From Candidatus Woesearchaeota archaeon (lineage in GTDB: Archaea; Nanobdellota; Nanobdellia; Woesearchaeales; UBA583): a DNA stretch of 64,000 nt. Shown one piece after another: positions 1-10,500 of this stretch. Each line of letters opens with the position of its first letter. Position 1 is the stretch's first letter. The notes below the pieces were generated by a model that worked only from the letters and a program-made list of their open reading frames with translations, searched no databases and had not been told where the DNA came from. The DNA is taken from positions 1,024,001-1,088,000 of the forward strand of contig OZ242164.1 of NCBI GenBank assembly GCA_965205335.1, written 5' to 3'. The position numbers and the translations under genes were made by a program.

Positions 1-204
1 TGTTTTCAGAGGGATAAGTCCTAATCTGTGAGCTAATGTTTCATCATATAAGGGAGAATCATTAATAACTATTTCAACATCTTCAATAGCAAAGGTCGGA
101 ACTTCATCAAGGATAATTCTTCTAAATGCATTTATAATAGTAGGATGAGTGTTTTTAAATTCAATGACTGATGCCTCTTTTTGATTTTTAATTGTCTGAG
201 CCAT
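1..204 (-). CDS. rpoD: RNA polymerase subunit D (Rpo3), 5' part, truncated by window edge
   Basis: Manual translation MAQTIKNQ...[19 protein letters not shown]...[19 protein letters not shown]; follows rps11 as in the conserved archaeal cluster. Confidence 0.95.
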   Translation of the reverse strand, partial: MAQTIKNQKEASVIEFKNTHPTIINAFRRIILDEVPTFAIEDVEIVINDSPLYDETLAHRLGLIPLKT

Positions 205-206
205 TT

Positions 207-749
207 TTATACTCTTCTCCCTCTTCTTCCCCCTTTTTTTCTGCATGAGTCATGTGGAATAGGAGTTATATCTTCAATTCTTCCTAATTTGATTCTATAT
301 CTTGTAAGCATCCTAACTGCCGCCTGAGCCCCAGGACCTGGTGTCATTGGACCATTATGTCCTCCAACTGCTCTTAGTTTAACGAATAAATTAGTTATTC
401 CCACTCTTCGACATGTTTCGCTAACCTGTTTAGCTGCTGCCATTGCAATATTTGGTGTTGCTTTTAATCTATCTGATTTTGTAACCATTCCCCCTGTTAC
501 TTTGATAATTGTTTCACTGCCTGTTATGTCTGTTACATGAAGATGAGTATTGTTGTATGAAGAGTAAATATAAAGAATACCCCAATGCTGATTTTCATCT
601 TTTTTTAGTGGTTTTTTATCTAGAATTGGTTTTATCTCTTTTTCTTTAGATGCTTTTTCAAGTTCTTCTTTTGCTTCTTCTTTTATTTCTTCTTCTGTTT
701 CTGTTGTTCCAGCATATAATTCTTTATTTTTTAAGTCCTCTTTTGCCAT
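207..749 (-). CDS. rps11: 30S ribosomal protein uS11 with charged N-terminal extension
   Basis: [41 protein letters not shown] motifs. Confidence 0.97.
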   Translation of the reverse strand: MAKEDLKNKELYAGTTETEEEIKEEAKEELEKASKEKEIKPILDKKPLKKDENQHWGILYIYSSYNNTHLHVTDITGSETIIKVTGGMVTKSDRLKATPNIAMAAAKQVSETCRRVGITNLFVKLRAVGGHNGPMTPGPGAQAAVRMLTRYRIKLGRIEDITPIPHDSCRKKGGRRGRRV

Positions 750-1390
750 TATTCTATTACCTCATCTGATTCTTCATTATCTAATGCTTCTTCTTTTTTA
801 TCAAAGTCACCTTCTTTTGGGGTTGAGTCTGGCATTTCTTCCATTTCTTTTTCCATATCATCCATTCCTTTTGTCTGAATTTTTCTCTCCGGGTGATTTT
901 CATCAGATAAACTTGAGTTGCCTTTAAATTCAACAGTTGTTTCTTCTCCCAATGATACGGAATATGATGGAGATGTTACAACTTTCCCACCCACTTTGAT
1001 GTGTCTGTGCACTACAAACTGTCTTGCCTGTTCAGGTGTTCTTGCAAGTTTCATTTTGTAGATAATGTTTGATATTCTTCTTTCTAATATATCTCTTAGA
1101 GTGATGTCCAAAATTTCATCTAATGAGGTTGCCTGCTGATTTAGATATCCTAATGCTTTTAGTTTATCAACAAAACGTTTTGCCTCAGGACTGTTTTTTG
1201 TTTCAACATTTCTGTTTAATTCTTTGGCAATTTTTTTATATTTAGAGATTACAAATTCCACTTTTCTTATTTCTCTTTTATTTTTCAGAGTGTAATCTGT
1301 AACAAGAACTTTTTCATCCTCAATTGTTTGTTTGTCCCATCTCTTTTTATGGGAAACATATTTTTTTCTGTGTTTTATTGGAAGACCCAT
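749..1390 (-). CDS. rps4: 30S ribosomal protein uS4 with acidic C-terminal tail
   Basis: [24 protein letters not shown]4 motifs; position between rps13 and rps11. Confidence 0.96.
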   Translation of the reverse strand: MGLPIKHRKKYVSHKKRWDKQTIEDEKVLVTDYTLKNKREIRKVEFVISKYKKIAKELNRNVETKNSPEAKRFVDKLKALGYLNQQATSLDEILDITLRDILERRISNIIYKMKLARTPEQARQFVVHRHIKVGGKVVTSPSYSVSLGEETTVEFKGNSSLSDENHPERKIQTKGMDDMEKEMEEMPDSTPKEGDFDKKEEALDNEESDEVIE

Positions 1391-1864
1391 TTATTTTCTG
1401 CCTCCTGATTTTGATTTCATAGCAGCGATGGTTTTAGAATGTCTGAAATTGGATTTGGTTCTCTGCCCTCTAACAGGAAGTTTTAATCTTAGTCTTAAAC
1501 CTCTGTATGATTTGATTTTACCTAATCTTCTTCTTACCTGAAGGTCATTAAATTCAATGTCTTTTGTTGCTAAGTGCAAATCATCTCCTGTATCATAATC
1601 TTTTCTTTGATTTAGTAACCACTTGGGTATTTCCTCTTTCTTAGGGTCTGTTAGGAATTCTTCAATTTTAGATATTTCATCATCAGATAAGTCTGTGACT
1701 TTTTTGTTTTTGTCTAATTTTAGGTAGTGGCACATAGCATTAGCAAACATTACGCCAACTCCTTTTATGTTAGATAAACCATAGATTAGCGTTTTGTTTC
1801 CCAAAACTCCTGTTCCCATAATTCTTACAAAGTTCTCTTTTGGTTTTGCTTGTGGCTTTCCCAT
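1391..1864 (-). CDS. rps13: 30S ribosomal protein uS13 (start moved to MGKPQ)
   Basis: IKGVG, SYRGLR..LPVRGQRTKSNFR; TATA-like element about 25 nt upstream of the ATG at 1864. Confidence 0.96.
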   Translation of the reverse strand: MGKPQAKPKENFVRIMGTGVLGNKTLIYGLSNIKGVGVMFANAMCHYLKLDKNKKVTDLSDDEISKIEEFLTDPKKEEIPKWLLNQRKDYDTGDDLHLATKDIEFNDLQVRRRLGKIKSYRGLRLRLKLPVRGQRTKSNFRHSKTIAAMKSKSGGRK

Positions 1865-2060
1865 AGTATGAAAAATGAGAGTTGCTTTATAAAAGTTTGC
1901 TGGTTGGATTTTATTTATATAATTTATTGTTATTGTAAGTGACAATACTAAGGTGTGTGTGTGTCAAAGGTGAGTTATTTTAGTAATGCCTTTGTAATTT
2001 TTATTTAAGTGGTTTGGTAAGATTTATAAAAGTATGGAGTTTAATTTAGTTATAAGTTAT

Positions 2061-2145
2061 GACTGGGTTGCCAAGTCTGGTCAAAGGCGCAGGACTTAAG
2101 ATCCTGTCACATTCGTGTTCGTGGGTTCGAATCCCATCCCAGTCA
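2061..2145 (+). tRNA. tRNA-Leu(TAA)
   Basis: GACTGGG/CCCAGTC acceptor stem, CAGGA-CTTAAGA-TCCTG anticodon arm, long variable arm, GTTCGAATC T-loop. Confidence 0.95.
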
Positions 2146-2295
2146 TACTTTTTATAGTAATACATACTTCCAAAAGTGTATGCTGTTTCTGAATTAAAAA
2201 ATTAAATTTCAAAAATTGTTTTATTTAGTTTTTTAAGGTATATATTTTGCTTCTCCTATGAATAAATTTATAATTGATTTAAGATTAAATTTCGT

Positions 2296-2795
2296 ATGGA
2301 ATTTGCTTTTTTAGATGAAAGTGGTGATAATGGAAAAAATGGAAGTAAATACTTAGTATTAACATTATTATGCACTAATAAAAGAAAACAATTAGTAAAG
2401 ATAATTAGAGAAACTAAAAGACAATTATTAAGGAATAATAAAAAAATTGAAAAGATTACAGTTGATTTAAATTTTTTTAATAAAGATAAAGAAAACTATT
2501 TCAAATTAATTAAATCTGATTCTACCCCCAATAAAGGAATACAATCAATACTATATTTTACTAAGATTGACAAAAAACATATAATGAGTTACTAAAAGAC
2601 AAAGAAAATGCTATTAAGGTTGAACATCATAATTCAAGATTATCAGAAGAGTTACAGGCATTAGATTTACTATGTGGTGCAATTGCTACAAAATTCGAAA
2701 AAAATAATTCTGAATTCTTTGATATTATTAAAGATAATAAACTATCTATAGAGGGAAGTGTGGGGAGTAAGATTAGATTTGAGAATAACAAATAA
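2296..2795 (+). pseudogene. DUF3800-family protein, frameshifted near 2590
   Basis: N-terminal FLDESGD motif; downstream frame reads KVEHHNSRLSEELQALDLLCGAI, the QxxD motif of DUF3800. Confidence 0.75.
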
Positions 2796-2796
2796 A

Positions 2797-2870
2797 ACAC
2801 AAAACCTTTTTTACTTGTCAAACCTTACCACTTAAGCAATAAGTCCTTTCAAAAAGGATTTTATATGTGT
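2797..2870. ncRNA. Candidate structured RNA downstream of the DUF3800 gene
   Basis: Nested complementarity ACACA/TGTGT, AAAACCTTTTT/AAAAAGGATTTT, ACTTGT/ATAAGT; DUF3800 genes are known to neighbour RNA motifs. Confidence 0.4.
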
Positions 2871-2920
2871 AATATTATCTAATACTACTATATATATAAA
2901 TTTATCTTTTTACTAAATTG

Positions 2921-3416
2921 TGTGTAAACGGGTGACATATGTCACCAGTCTAAAAATTAACAATTCTTATTAATTTTATGAAAAATACGAAATTAGGAAA
3001 GTTTTCATAAGACTAAGAGTTAAACAAAACTCTTATTCAAAATGCAAGAAAATACTGCTGAGAAGTGCAAATACTTTGTAAGTATTCGTACTTTAAAACT
3101 TTGGCAACACCGTTTTGATAAAGAAATATGGGATTATCAAGATAAGTCTACAAGACCAAACAAGATCTATTACAAAGTTACTTTAGAAGATGAGAAAGCA
3201 ATTTTAAATCTTCGATATAGAACTGGTGGGGGAAGCTAAAAAGCTTCATAAATTCCTACTAATCAGGATATTTCAGAGTAACCATTAATAGAGTTATTTA
3301 GGTATAGATACAATGTTTTTAGACCTCATGAGAGCTTATTTGGTCAAACTCCTTCTTATGAGTTTGACAACTTTCAGAGAAAGTTGAGGTGGTGACATAT
3401 GTCATTGCACTACACA
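2921..3416 (+). mobile_element. Internally deleted IS481-family element
   Basis: TGT...ACA ends; imperfect 26-bp TIRs TGTGTAnnnnnnTGACATATGTCACC; transposase remnants (IRTLKLWQHRF..DKSTRP and YNVFRPHESLFGQTP) similar to the element at 33171. Confidence 0.85.
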
Positions 3417-3547
3417 CCATATGCTTAAAAGTAATTCTTATAGAATAATTATTTAGTTACTTGATGTTTTCAGGTTAAAACTAAATTTATAATGTCTGTG
3501 TCTTTGGCAAAATATTTATAAGTAAACTCTATTTTCTTTATAGTGTA

Positions 3548-3715
3548 ATGGTTGAAGCAAAGTTTGATGAGTATGGAAATAAGATAATAAATGAAGCAGG
3601 TTCAGTTACGTTTAATTGTCCTAAATGCAATGATGTAGAGATTTCCAGATCAAGAAAAGCAAGAGAACTCTCAAAGGAGTATGTGTGTCCAAGGTGTGGA
3701 TTTGTAGGTCCTTAA
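3548..3715 (+). CDS. Small zinc-finger protein, DUF1610/HVO_2753 family (55 aa, missed by ORF track)
   Basis: MVEAKFDEYGNKIINEAGSVTFNCPKCNDVEISRSRKARELSKEYVCPRCGFVGP; FxCPxC and YxCPxCGFxGP signature. Confidence 0.88.
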   Translation: MVEAKFDEYGNKIINEAGSVTFNCPKCNDVEISRSRKARELSKEYVCPRCGFVGP

Positions 3716-3719
3716 AAAA

Positions 3720-4385
3720 ATGAAGAAAAAGTCAGAAGATTTTTACAAGAAGTATTCAATAGTTATGGGAATTGTTTTAGTTGTTCTTGTATTTGTTTTT
3801 CTTTATGTTAATAATACAAAGGATGGCAATACTTCTGAGGAAAAAACAGATGAATATGTTAATGATTCAAAAATGGATGAAGTAAAAAAGATTGCAGTTC
3901 TAAATACAAATCATGGAATTATAAAGATTAAGTTGTATTTAGAGGAAAGTCCGATAACAGCAGGAAATTTTAAAAAACTTGTTGAGGAAGGTTTTTATGA
4001 TGGAGTTAAGTTTCATAGGGTTATTCAAAATTTTATGATTCAAGGAGGAGATCCTCTTACGAAGGATGATTCTTCGCAGAATGGATGGGGGACAGGTAGT
4101 CCTGGGTATGCAATTGAGGATGAGTTTATTGAAGGACTGTCAAATGTTCGGGGGACAATTTCAATGGCAAATTCAGGTCCTAATTCAGGAGGTTCTCAGT
4201 TTTTCATTAATGTTGCTGATAATACAAGATTGGATTGGGACAAAGAACCTTCCCTGAGTAAACATCCTGTGTTTGGAATGGTTGTAGAAGGAATGGATGT
4301 AGTTGATGAGATTTCAAAAGTTCCAACAGTTTCTGGTGATAGGCCTTCTGAACATGTTGTAATTGAGAAGGCTTATATGGAATAA
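3720..4385 (+). CDS. Cyclophilin-type peptidyl-prolyl isomerase with N-terminal membrane anchor
   Basis: FYDGVKFHRVIQNFMIQGGDP, SMANSGPNSGGSQFFIN, HPVFG. Confidence 0.95.
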   Translation: MKKKSEDFYKKYSIVMGIVLVVLVFVFLYVNNTKDGNTSEEKTDEYVNDSKMDEVKKIAVLNTNHGIIKIKLYLEESPITAGNFKKLVEEGFYDGVKFHRVIQNFMIQGGDPLTKDDSSQNGWGTGSPGYAIEDEFIEGLSNVRGTISMANSGPNSGGSQFFINVADNTRLDWDKEPSLSKHPVFGMVVEGMDVVDEISKVPTVSGDRPSEHVVIEKAYME

Positions 4386-4482
4386 TTTTTGGATTTTTAT
4401 TTTTTTATTTTTTGCGGTTTTAATTTGAATTAGTTTAGAAGGAAACCTTAATCTTATAAAATAAGGTTAATTTTTAGATTGT

Positions 4483-5481
4483 ATGCAGTTAAGCAATCAG
4501 GCAAAGTCAGTTCTTGAAAATCAGGGGTATAGAATAGTTGGAACTCATAGTGCGGTTAAGACTTGTGGCTGGACTAAGAATACTTTAAGGGGGAAAGGTG
4601 GTTGTTATAAACTTAAATTCTATGGTATAAAGTCTCATAAGTGCATGCAGATGTCAACGTCTATTTCTTGTGCTAATAGATGTACTTTTTGTTGGAGAGA
4701 TTATAAGTCCCCAGTTTCAAAGACATGGGATTGGAATGTTGATGAGCCTGATATGATATTTGATAAGTCGCTTGAGGCTCATCATGATTTGCTTGTGGGG
4801 TTTAAGGGAAATCCAAATACTCCAAAGGTTTTGTATGAGCAATCAAATAAAGTTGAACATGTTGCATTATCACTAACAGGAGAACCTATTACATATCCCA
4901 GAATGAATGAGTTAGTTAGGAAGTTTCATAGTCAGAAGATTTCAACTTTTCTTGTGACAAATGCTCAATATCCAGATGCAATTAGGAATTTAATTCCAGT
5001 AACTCAATTGTATATTAGTTTGGATGCTCCAAAGAAGGAGTTGTTAAAGAAAGTAGATGTTCCATTGTTTAAGGATTATTGGGAGAGGTTAAATTTATCT
5101 CTTGAAATTATGGCGAAGAGACTGGATAGAACCTGCATCAGATTAACCTGCATTAAAGATTTGAATATGATTGAACCAGAGAATTATGCTAAGTTGATTA
5201 AGAAGGCGTCACCTGATTTTATTGAGGTTAAGGGTTATATGTGGGTTGGAGCATCTCAGGAGAGGTTAAAGTTTGAAAATATGCCAAAGTCATATGAGAT
5301 AGAGGAATTTGCAATGAAGGTTTTAGAGCATCTTGATGATTATGAATATGTAACAGAGCATAGTCCATCAAGAGTAATTCTTCTTGCAAAAAAAAAGTTC
5401 AATAAACAGACATGGATTGATTATCCTAAATTCTTTGAAGAGTATCCAAGTCTTCTAAGAGAATGGAAGAGAGTGAAGTAA
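4483..5481 (+). CDS. taw1: 4-demethylwyosine synthase (radical SAM, Taw1/TYW1)
   Basis: HSAVKTCGW, CYKLKFYGI, CANRCTFCWR, HVALSLTGEP. Confidence 0.95.
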   Translation: MQLSNQAKSVLENQGYRIVGTHSAVKTCGWTKNTLRGKGGCYKLKFYGIKSHKCMQMSTSISCANRCTFCWRDYKSPVSKTWDWNVDEPDMIFDKSLEAHHDLLVGFKGNPNTPKVLYEQSNKVEHVALSLTGEPITYPRMNELVRKFHSQKISTFLVTNAQYPDAIRNLIPVTQLYISLDAPKKELLKKVDVPLFKDYWERLNLSLEIMAKRLDRTCIRLTCIKDLNMIEPENYAKLIKKASPDFIEVKGYMWVGASQERLKFENMPKSYEIEEFAMKVLEHLDDYEYVTEHSPSRVILLAKKKFNKQTWIDYPKFFEEYPSLLREWKRVK

Positions 5482-5565
5482 TATTGAGAATTAGGTTTAG
5501 ACTTTAGGGAATTTTTTAATTTTAGAATAAAAGTCTTTATAAAGGCTCTTTTCTTTTTTTTAAGT

Positions 5566-6663
5566 ATGAGTTTAGCAGAGAAATTAAAATTTAGAAAGTT
5601 TATTAAACAATTGAAAAGATATAAAGGCAGGCATACGGAACTTATTAGTGTTTATCTGCCGCCTAAAACTGAGATTTCCAAAACAATTCAGACACTTTCT
5701 GATGAACAGGGCACTGCAACAAATATAAAGGATAAAAATACAGGTAAATCAGTTATTACTTCGCTTGAACGTATGATTAGAACACTTAAAACTTTTGACA
5801 GAGTGCCTGATAATGGAATCGCTATTTTTTCAGGAAATGTTTCAGACAGGGATAATATTTCAGATTTTAAAGTATTTTGGGTTGAACCTCCCAAACCAGT
5901 TTCAACAAAATTATATAGATGCGAACAGAGATTTATTACAAAGCATCTTGAAGAGATGGATGCAAATGAAACTACTTACGGACTTATTGTTATAGATAAA
6001 GGTGAAGCAACAGTTGGAGTTTTGTGTGGTTCATCAATTAGAACAATTAAGACAATGGTTTCAAATGTTCCAGGGAAACATAAAACTGGCGGGCAATCAG
6101 CTCAGAGATTTGAGAGAATTCGCGAAGGTGCAACAATTGAGTTTTTTAAGAGGGTTTCTGATGTTGTAACAAAGGAATTTACATATATGAATGAGTTAAA
6201 GGGAATTTTAATTGGAGGTCCTGGTACTACAAAGAATAATTTTGTTGATGGAAATTATATGAATGAACAGATTAAGGGAAAAATTATTGCAGTAAAAGAT
6301 ATTACATACACTAATGCTTTTGGGTTAAAGGAGTTATTTGATGCATCAGAAAATGATTTGGCAGATACGGAAGTTGTTGAGGAGAGAAAAACTATTGAGA
6401 AATTTTTTGATACATTAGGCAAGAATGTAGATATGGTAGTCTACGGACTTGAAAATACGAAAGCCGCTCTAAAAATGGGGGCAGTTGATTCTCTGATTAT
6501 TATTGATGATATTGTTTCCGATGAGGATTTAGAGGAACTAACAAAGATTGCCCAGATATCAAAAACTAATGTTAGTTTAGTGACAGATAAGACTCCTGAA
6601 GGTGTTCAGTATAAGGGTTTAACGGGGATTGGTGGCATTTTAAGATATCCTATCTCAAACTAA
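5566..6663 (+). CDS. prf1: Peptide chain release factor aRF1
   Basis: GRHTELISVY, NIKD (NIKS-like), YRCEQRF, GGQSAQRF, GIGGILRY. Confidence 0.97.
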   Translation: MSLAEKLKFRKFIKQLKRYKGRHTELISVYLPPKTEISKTIQTLSDEQGTATNIKDKNTGKSVITSLERMIRTLKTFDRVPDNGIAIFSGNVSDRDNISDFKVFWVEPPKPVSTKLYRCEQRFITKHLEEMDANETTYGLIVIDKGEATVGVLCGSSIRTIKTMVSNVPGKHKTGGQSAQRFERIREGATIEFFKRVSDVVTKEFTYMNELKGILIGGPGTTKNNFVDGNYMNEQIKGKIIAVKDITYTNAFGLKELFDASENDLADTEVVEERKTIEKFFDTLGKNVDMVVYGLENTKAALKMGAVDSLIIIDDIVSDEDLEELTKIAQISKTNVSLVTDKTPEGVQYKGLTGIGGILRYPISN

Positions 6664-6718
6664 ATCTCTTGTAAATAACAACTAAACTTTATATACTTTA
6701 TTCTTAGTTTTATAGTAT

Positions 6719-7921
6719 ATGACTTCTTTTAGTGATATTTTCAAATTTGTGCTAAAGAACATGTTTGAAAAGAAAGGAAGAGTTTTGTTAACAGTTTCAG
6801 GAATTGTTATAGGAATTTTTACGTTTATTTTTTTTGTGTTTGCATCACAGGGTTTGTCAAATGCAATTTCTGGGCAATTCACTGCGTTTGGCGTAAATGT
6901 TTTAATAGTTCGCTCAGCAGATTCTAGTAGTGGAGGTCCTCCTGGAGGAGGTGGATTAACAGATACGGATATTGAGAATATAAAAAAGGTTGCAAGAGGA
7001 TATAAGTATGTAGCACCTTTTATATTTCATACCGGGTTGTATGAGTATGGAAGAAGTAGGGAAGTAATTGTGTCGTTAGCGTATCCTGATAAGTATTGGG
7101 ATGATGTGGGATCAGATATTGGAATTGAGATGGAGAAAGGGAGGTTTTTACGGCAGGGAGATAGAGGAGTTGTAGTAGTTGGAGATAAGGTATCAAAAGA
7201 TGGATTTGGGGAAGGAAATGAAATTATAGTAGGTAGTTCTATTAAAGCTGAAAATAGAAGTTTTAGAGTAATTGGAATAATAAAGAACAGGGGGGATTTG
7301 TTTGTTGATAATTCAATTCTTTTAACTTTTGATGATATAAAGAAAGTGTCAGGTCAGGATACTTATGGGGGGATAAGAGTGAGTTTTCTTGAAGGGGTTG
7401 ATTTGGATGAACAAAGAAATGCTATTGAGAGGAAGCTTAATCCAAATAGTCGTGAGAAGAATATAGAGATAACATCTCCTAATCAGGCAATTGAACAGTT
7501 TAATTCAATATTAGGAGTTCTTAGAATGATAATTTTGTTTGTTTCATCAATTGCTTTAGTTGTGGGTGGAATTAATGTTATGAATACTATGTATTCTAAT
7601 ATTTTGGAGAGAATAAATGAAATTTCTGTAATGAAGGCTCTTGGAGGGACAAATTCAGATATTAGAAATATGTTTTTGATTGAGAGTTCTATTCTTGGGT
7701 TTATCGGGGCTTTTGTAGGGTTTATGTTAGCATACGGGTTAGCTGAACTTCTTTCGTATTTGATTACAAATTTTGGGGGTTATAATGTTCCAGTGAATTT
7801 TAGTTTTGAACTTTTTATTTACACAATGCTAATTACTACATTTTTTGCTATGCTTTTTGGAACTTATCCTGCAATAAGAGCTTCTTATGTTGATCCTGCT
7901 GATAATTTAAGAGATGAGTGA
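6719..7921 (+). CDS. ABC transporter permease, MacB/FtsX family
   Basis: LTVSGIVIGI, VGGINVMNTMY..ER..EI..MKALG, YPA.RAS..DP...LR.E. Confidence 0.92.
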   Translation: MTSFSDIFKFVLKNMFEKKGRVLLTVSGIVIGIFTFIFFVFASQGLSNAISGQFTAFGVNVLIVRSADSSSGGPPGGGGLTDTDIENIKKVARGYKYVAPFIFHTGLYEYGRSREVIVSLAYPDKYWDDVGSDIGIEMEKGRFLRQGDRGVVVVGDKVSKDGFGEGNEIIVGSSIKAENRSFRVIGIIKNRGDLFVDNSILLTFDDIKKVSGQDTYGGIRVSFLEGVDLDEQRNAIERKLNPNSREKNIEITSPNQAIEQFNSILGVLRMIILFVSSIALVVGGINVMNTMYSNILERINEISVMKALGGTNSDIRNMFLIESSILGFIGAFVGFMLAYGLAELLSYLITNFGGYNVPVNFSFELFIYTMLITTFFAMLFGTYPAIRASYVDPADNLRDE

Positions 7922-7999
7922 AGTTTTTTGGTTTGAAGTTTAATATGAGAATTTTAGTATTGAGAGAGAATAAGGATTTTGCATAAATATAATAATTTT

Positions 8000-9772
8000 T
8001 TAAATCTCTTCACTTGTTTTTTCTCTTCTTACTACTTTTCCGTCTCCTGTATAAAAGTTTAAGATTTGGGGGCGTCTATTTTTGGTGTTAACTAAAACGC
8101 ATTTTCCAATGTCTGGATACATTCCCATTTTTTCTTGGTAATCACTCATTTCAACCCAGCATCCGCACGAGATAATAGAACATCCTTTGTAGTTTTTAAT
8201 AGCTAATTTGTGAGTATGTCCCACTACAAAGAAGTCAGGCATTTTACGAATTACAAGGGGGTCTCTTTGGTTATCAGGAATGTATAGTGTTGAGCCGTGA
8301 GATGGGGCAAGATGTCTTTTTTCAAGTAAATAGGCAACAACCTCTTCTGGAACTTTCGCTCCGCCTTTTTCACGGAGTTCACGGATTTTGTCAGCATAAT
8401 AGAAGATAGAACCCCCATGATATAAGAAGAAGTCAAGTCCTCCACTTGGGTCATCTTGAAATAATTTAATTATTGCCGGGTTGCTTAGCATTAGAACATT
8501 TGGCATATTGTATAGAGCATATGCTTTTTCGTAAGCAATTTTTGGCTGAGGCTCTGATAGTCTGTCTGTATCATGGTTTCCCGGAATTATAATTAAGCAT
8601 TTGTCTTTGGGGATTTGTGAGAACCATCTTGCGGCTTCATGGTACTGTAATTCTGTTGAGAGAATTCTTGCATCCATTCCCTGATTTGGATATATTCCAA
8701 TGCCTTCAATTACATCGCCTGCAACTATTATGTATTTGACTTTTTTGGCTATTTCATTTAGTTTCTTGCTTTTTGTCTGGGAGTTTATAAAGTCAACAAA
8801 TCTTGAAAAGGCATCATCAACAAAGACTTTTGCTCCAAAATGTAAGTCTGAGATAAAGACAACATATTCTTCTTTTTCAGTTTTTTTTAATTCAACAGAG
8901 TTAGGCGGTGATGGGACTATGAATTCATCAACCCATATTATTTCATTTCCTACTTTTCCTTTAACCCCAATGCCTTCGTCAAGACAGAATCTTTGAATTT
9001 GTTTTATCATATCAGTTTTTTCTTTGTTTGTAAAGCATTTAATGGTTCCTGATTTGTCTTCAATTGAAATCATATAATGTCCGTTTTTTGTTTGGGATAT
9101 GTCTGAAATAAGCCCAATTACAGTAACCTGAGAATTTGATCCGTACAAGTCTTTTAGTTTGTCTATTCTAACAATGTTTTCGCTTTGAATTCTGTTTTTT
9201 AAAAGTTCCGTAAAGTACTGGAGTCTTCTGTTAAAGTATAGTGTGAAGTCTGAGACCGTTATTTTTTTTGAGGGTTCAACGTAATCAAACAGAATGTCAA
9301 TTTTAAATTTTTTTGCTTTCTCCAATTTGTCTAAATTGTAATTGAAATTCTCTTTTGGTTTGAATATGCTTAAATCAATAGGATATGATTCTTCTTTTCT
9401 TTCTTTTTGAGGTGTAAGGGAAGTGTCTGTTAATGGTTTTTCATCGTGTAAAACTCCTAATTCGGCTTTGAGAAATCTTATGAAGTTGAGATAGATTTTC
9501 AAAGCTCTTTTGTCTTTGTGATTTTTAAATACTATGTGAAAATCATCCCAGTTTGTTCTTTTTAGTTTTGATAAGTTTTCTTCGTTTAGTTCTATTTCTG
9601 AGAAGATGTTTATTAAGTCTTGATTTAGAAAATCAATGTTAAGTCCTTCTTTTTTTAGTGTGTCAAATTTATTTAGAAAGTCAATTTCTTCGTTTTGGGA
9701 TTTGAATTTGATGTTTCCTAATATCTGAATGTTTTTGGATTCAAATATGTCTAGGATGTTATTTTGTGACAT
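8000..9772 (-). CDS. DNA polymerase D small (exonuclease) subunit DP1
   Basis: OB-fold plus phosphoesterase motifs ISDLHFG, AGDVIEGIGIYPNQ, IPGNHD, YHG, HLAPSHG, GHTH. Confidence 0.95.
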   Translation of the reverse strand: MSQNNILDIFESKNIQILGNIKFKSQNEEIDFLNKFDTLKKEGLNIDFLNQDLINIFSEIELNEENLSKLKRTNWDDFHIVFKNHKDKRALKIYLNFIRFLKAELGVLHDEKPLTDTSLTPQKERKEESYPIDLSIFKPKENFNYNLDKLEKAKKFKIDILFDYVEPSKKITVSDFTLYFNRRLQYFTELLKNRIQSENIVRIDKLKDLYGSNSQVTVIGLISDISQTKNGHYMISIEDKSGTIKCFTNKEKTDMIKQIQRFCLDEGIGVKGKVGNEIIWVDEFIVPSPPNSVELKKTEKEEYVVFISDLHFGAKVFVDDAFSRFVDFINSQTKSKKLNEIAKKVKYIIVAGDVIEGIGIYPNQGMDARILSTELQYHEAARWFSQIPKDKCLIIIPGNHDTDRLSEPQPKIAYEKAYALYNMPNVLMLSNPAIIKLFQDDPSGGLDFFLYHGGSIFYYADKIRELREKGGAKVPEEVVAYLLEKRHLAPSHGSTLYIPDNQRDPLVIRKMPDFFVVGHTHKLAIKNYKGCSIISCGCWVEMSDYQEKMGMYPDIGKCVLVNTKNRRPQILNFYTGDGKVVRREKTSEEI

Positions 9773-9933
9773 TATTATTTTGTGTCTTTGTGAGTTTATA
9801 AATTTGTTTGTGGATGATTGTTTTTATGGTTTGATGAGAGATGAGAAGTAGGGGATGGGAGAGTGGTTGAATTGTTTATGTGTTTATGTGGTAAATAGTT
9901 GTCTTTATAAATTCCAATGGATTTGCATAAGTA

Positions 9934-10500
9934 ATGAGATTGGATTATTCTTTTTTTGGAAGGGATACTGTTGTAGTGGCAGAGGATTTGGTTGGGAAGA
10001 TATTAGTGTATAATAGTAGGTATGGAGTGATAAAGGGTATTATTAATGAAACAGAGGCTTATTCTCAAGATGAGGAGTCATGTCATTGTTTTGGGGGAAA
10101 GACTAAGGGAAATGAGGTTATGTTTAAGAGTGGGGGACATTTGTATGTTTATTTTATTTATGGGAATCATTTTTGCATTAATATTGTTACAGAGAAAGAA
10201 CATAGAGGTTGCGCTGTTCTTATTAGATCAGTGATTCCTCTTGATGATATGAGTTATGAGATTATGGTTAGAAATCGGAGGAAGGATAAGAATTTATGTG
10301 ATGGGCCTGGGAAACTTTGTATTGCTTATGGGTTTAATAGAGAGCATAATGGAGTTAATCTTTGTGATGAAAGTTCGGATTTATATGTTGAGGATTTGGG
10401 ATTAAAACCAAAGAAGATAGAGAAAACTAAGAGAATTGGCATTAGTAAGGCTGTTGATTTGGAATGGAGATTTGTAGCAAAGGAGTTTGTTTCTTCTTAG
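9934..10500 (+). CDS. mpg: DNA-3-methyladenine glycosylase (AAG/MPG family)
   Basis: INETEAY, LYVYFIYGNHFCINIVT, AVLIRS, GPGKLC, RIGISKA. Confidence 0.93.
   Translation: MRLDYSFFGRDTVVVAEDLVGKILVYNSRYGVIKGIINETEAYSQDEESCHCFGGKTKGNEVMFKSGGHLYVYFIYGNHFCINIVTEKEHRGCAVLIRSVIPLDDMSYEIMVRNRRKDKNLCDGPGKLCIAYGFNREHNGVNLCDESSDLYVEDLGLKPKKIEKTKRIGISKAVDLEWRFVAKEFVSS

Noticed and set aside
2900-3440. Target duplication around the first IS481 relic, or pairing with the solo end at 44900 as one large transposon
   Set aside because: No convincing direct repeat; 2921 and 44900 are both left ends in the same orientation and core genes lie between them
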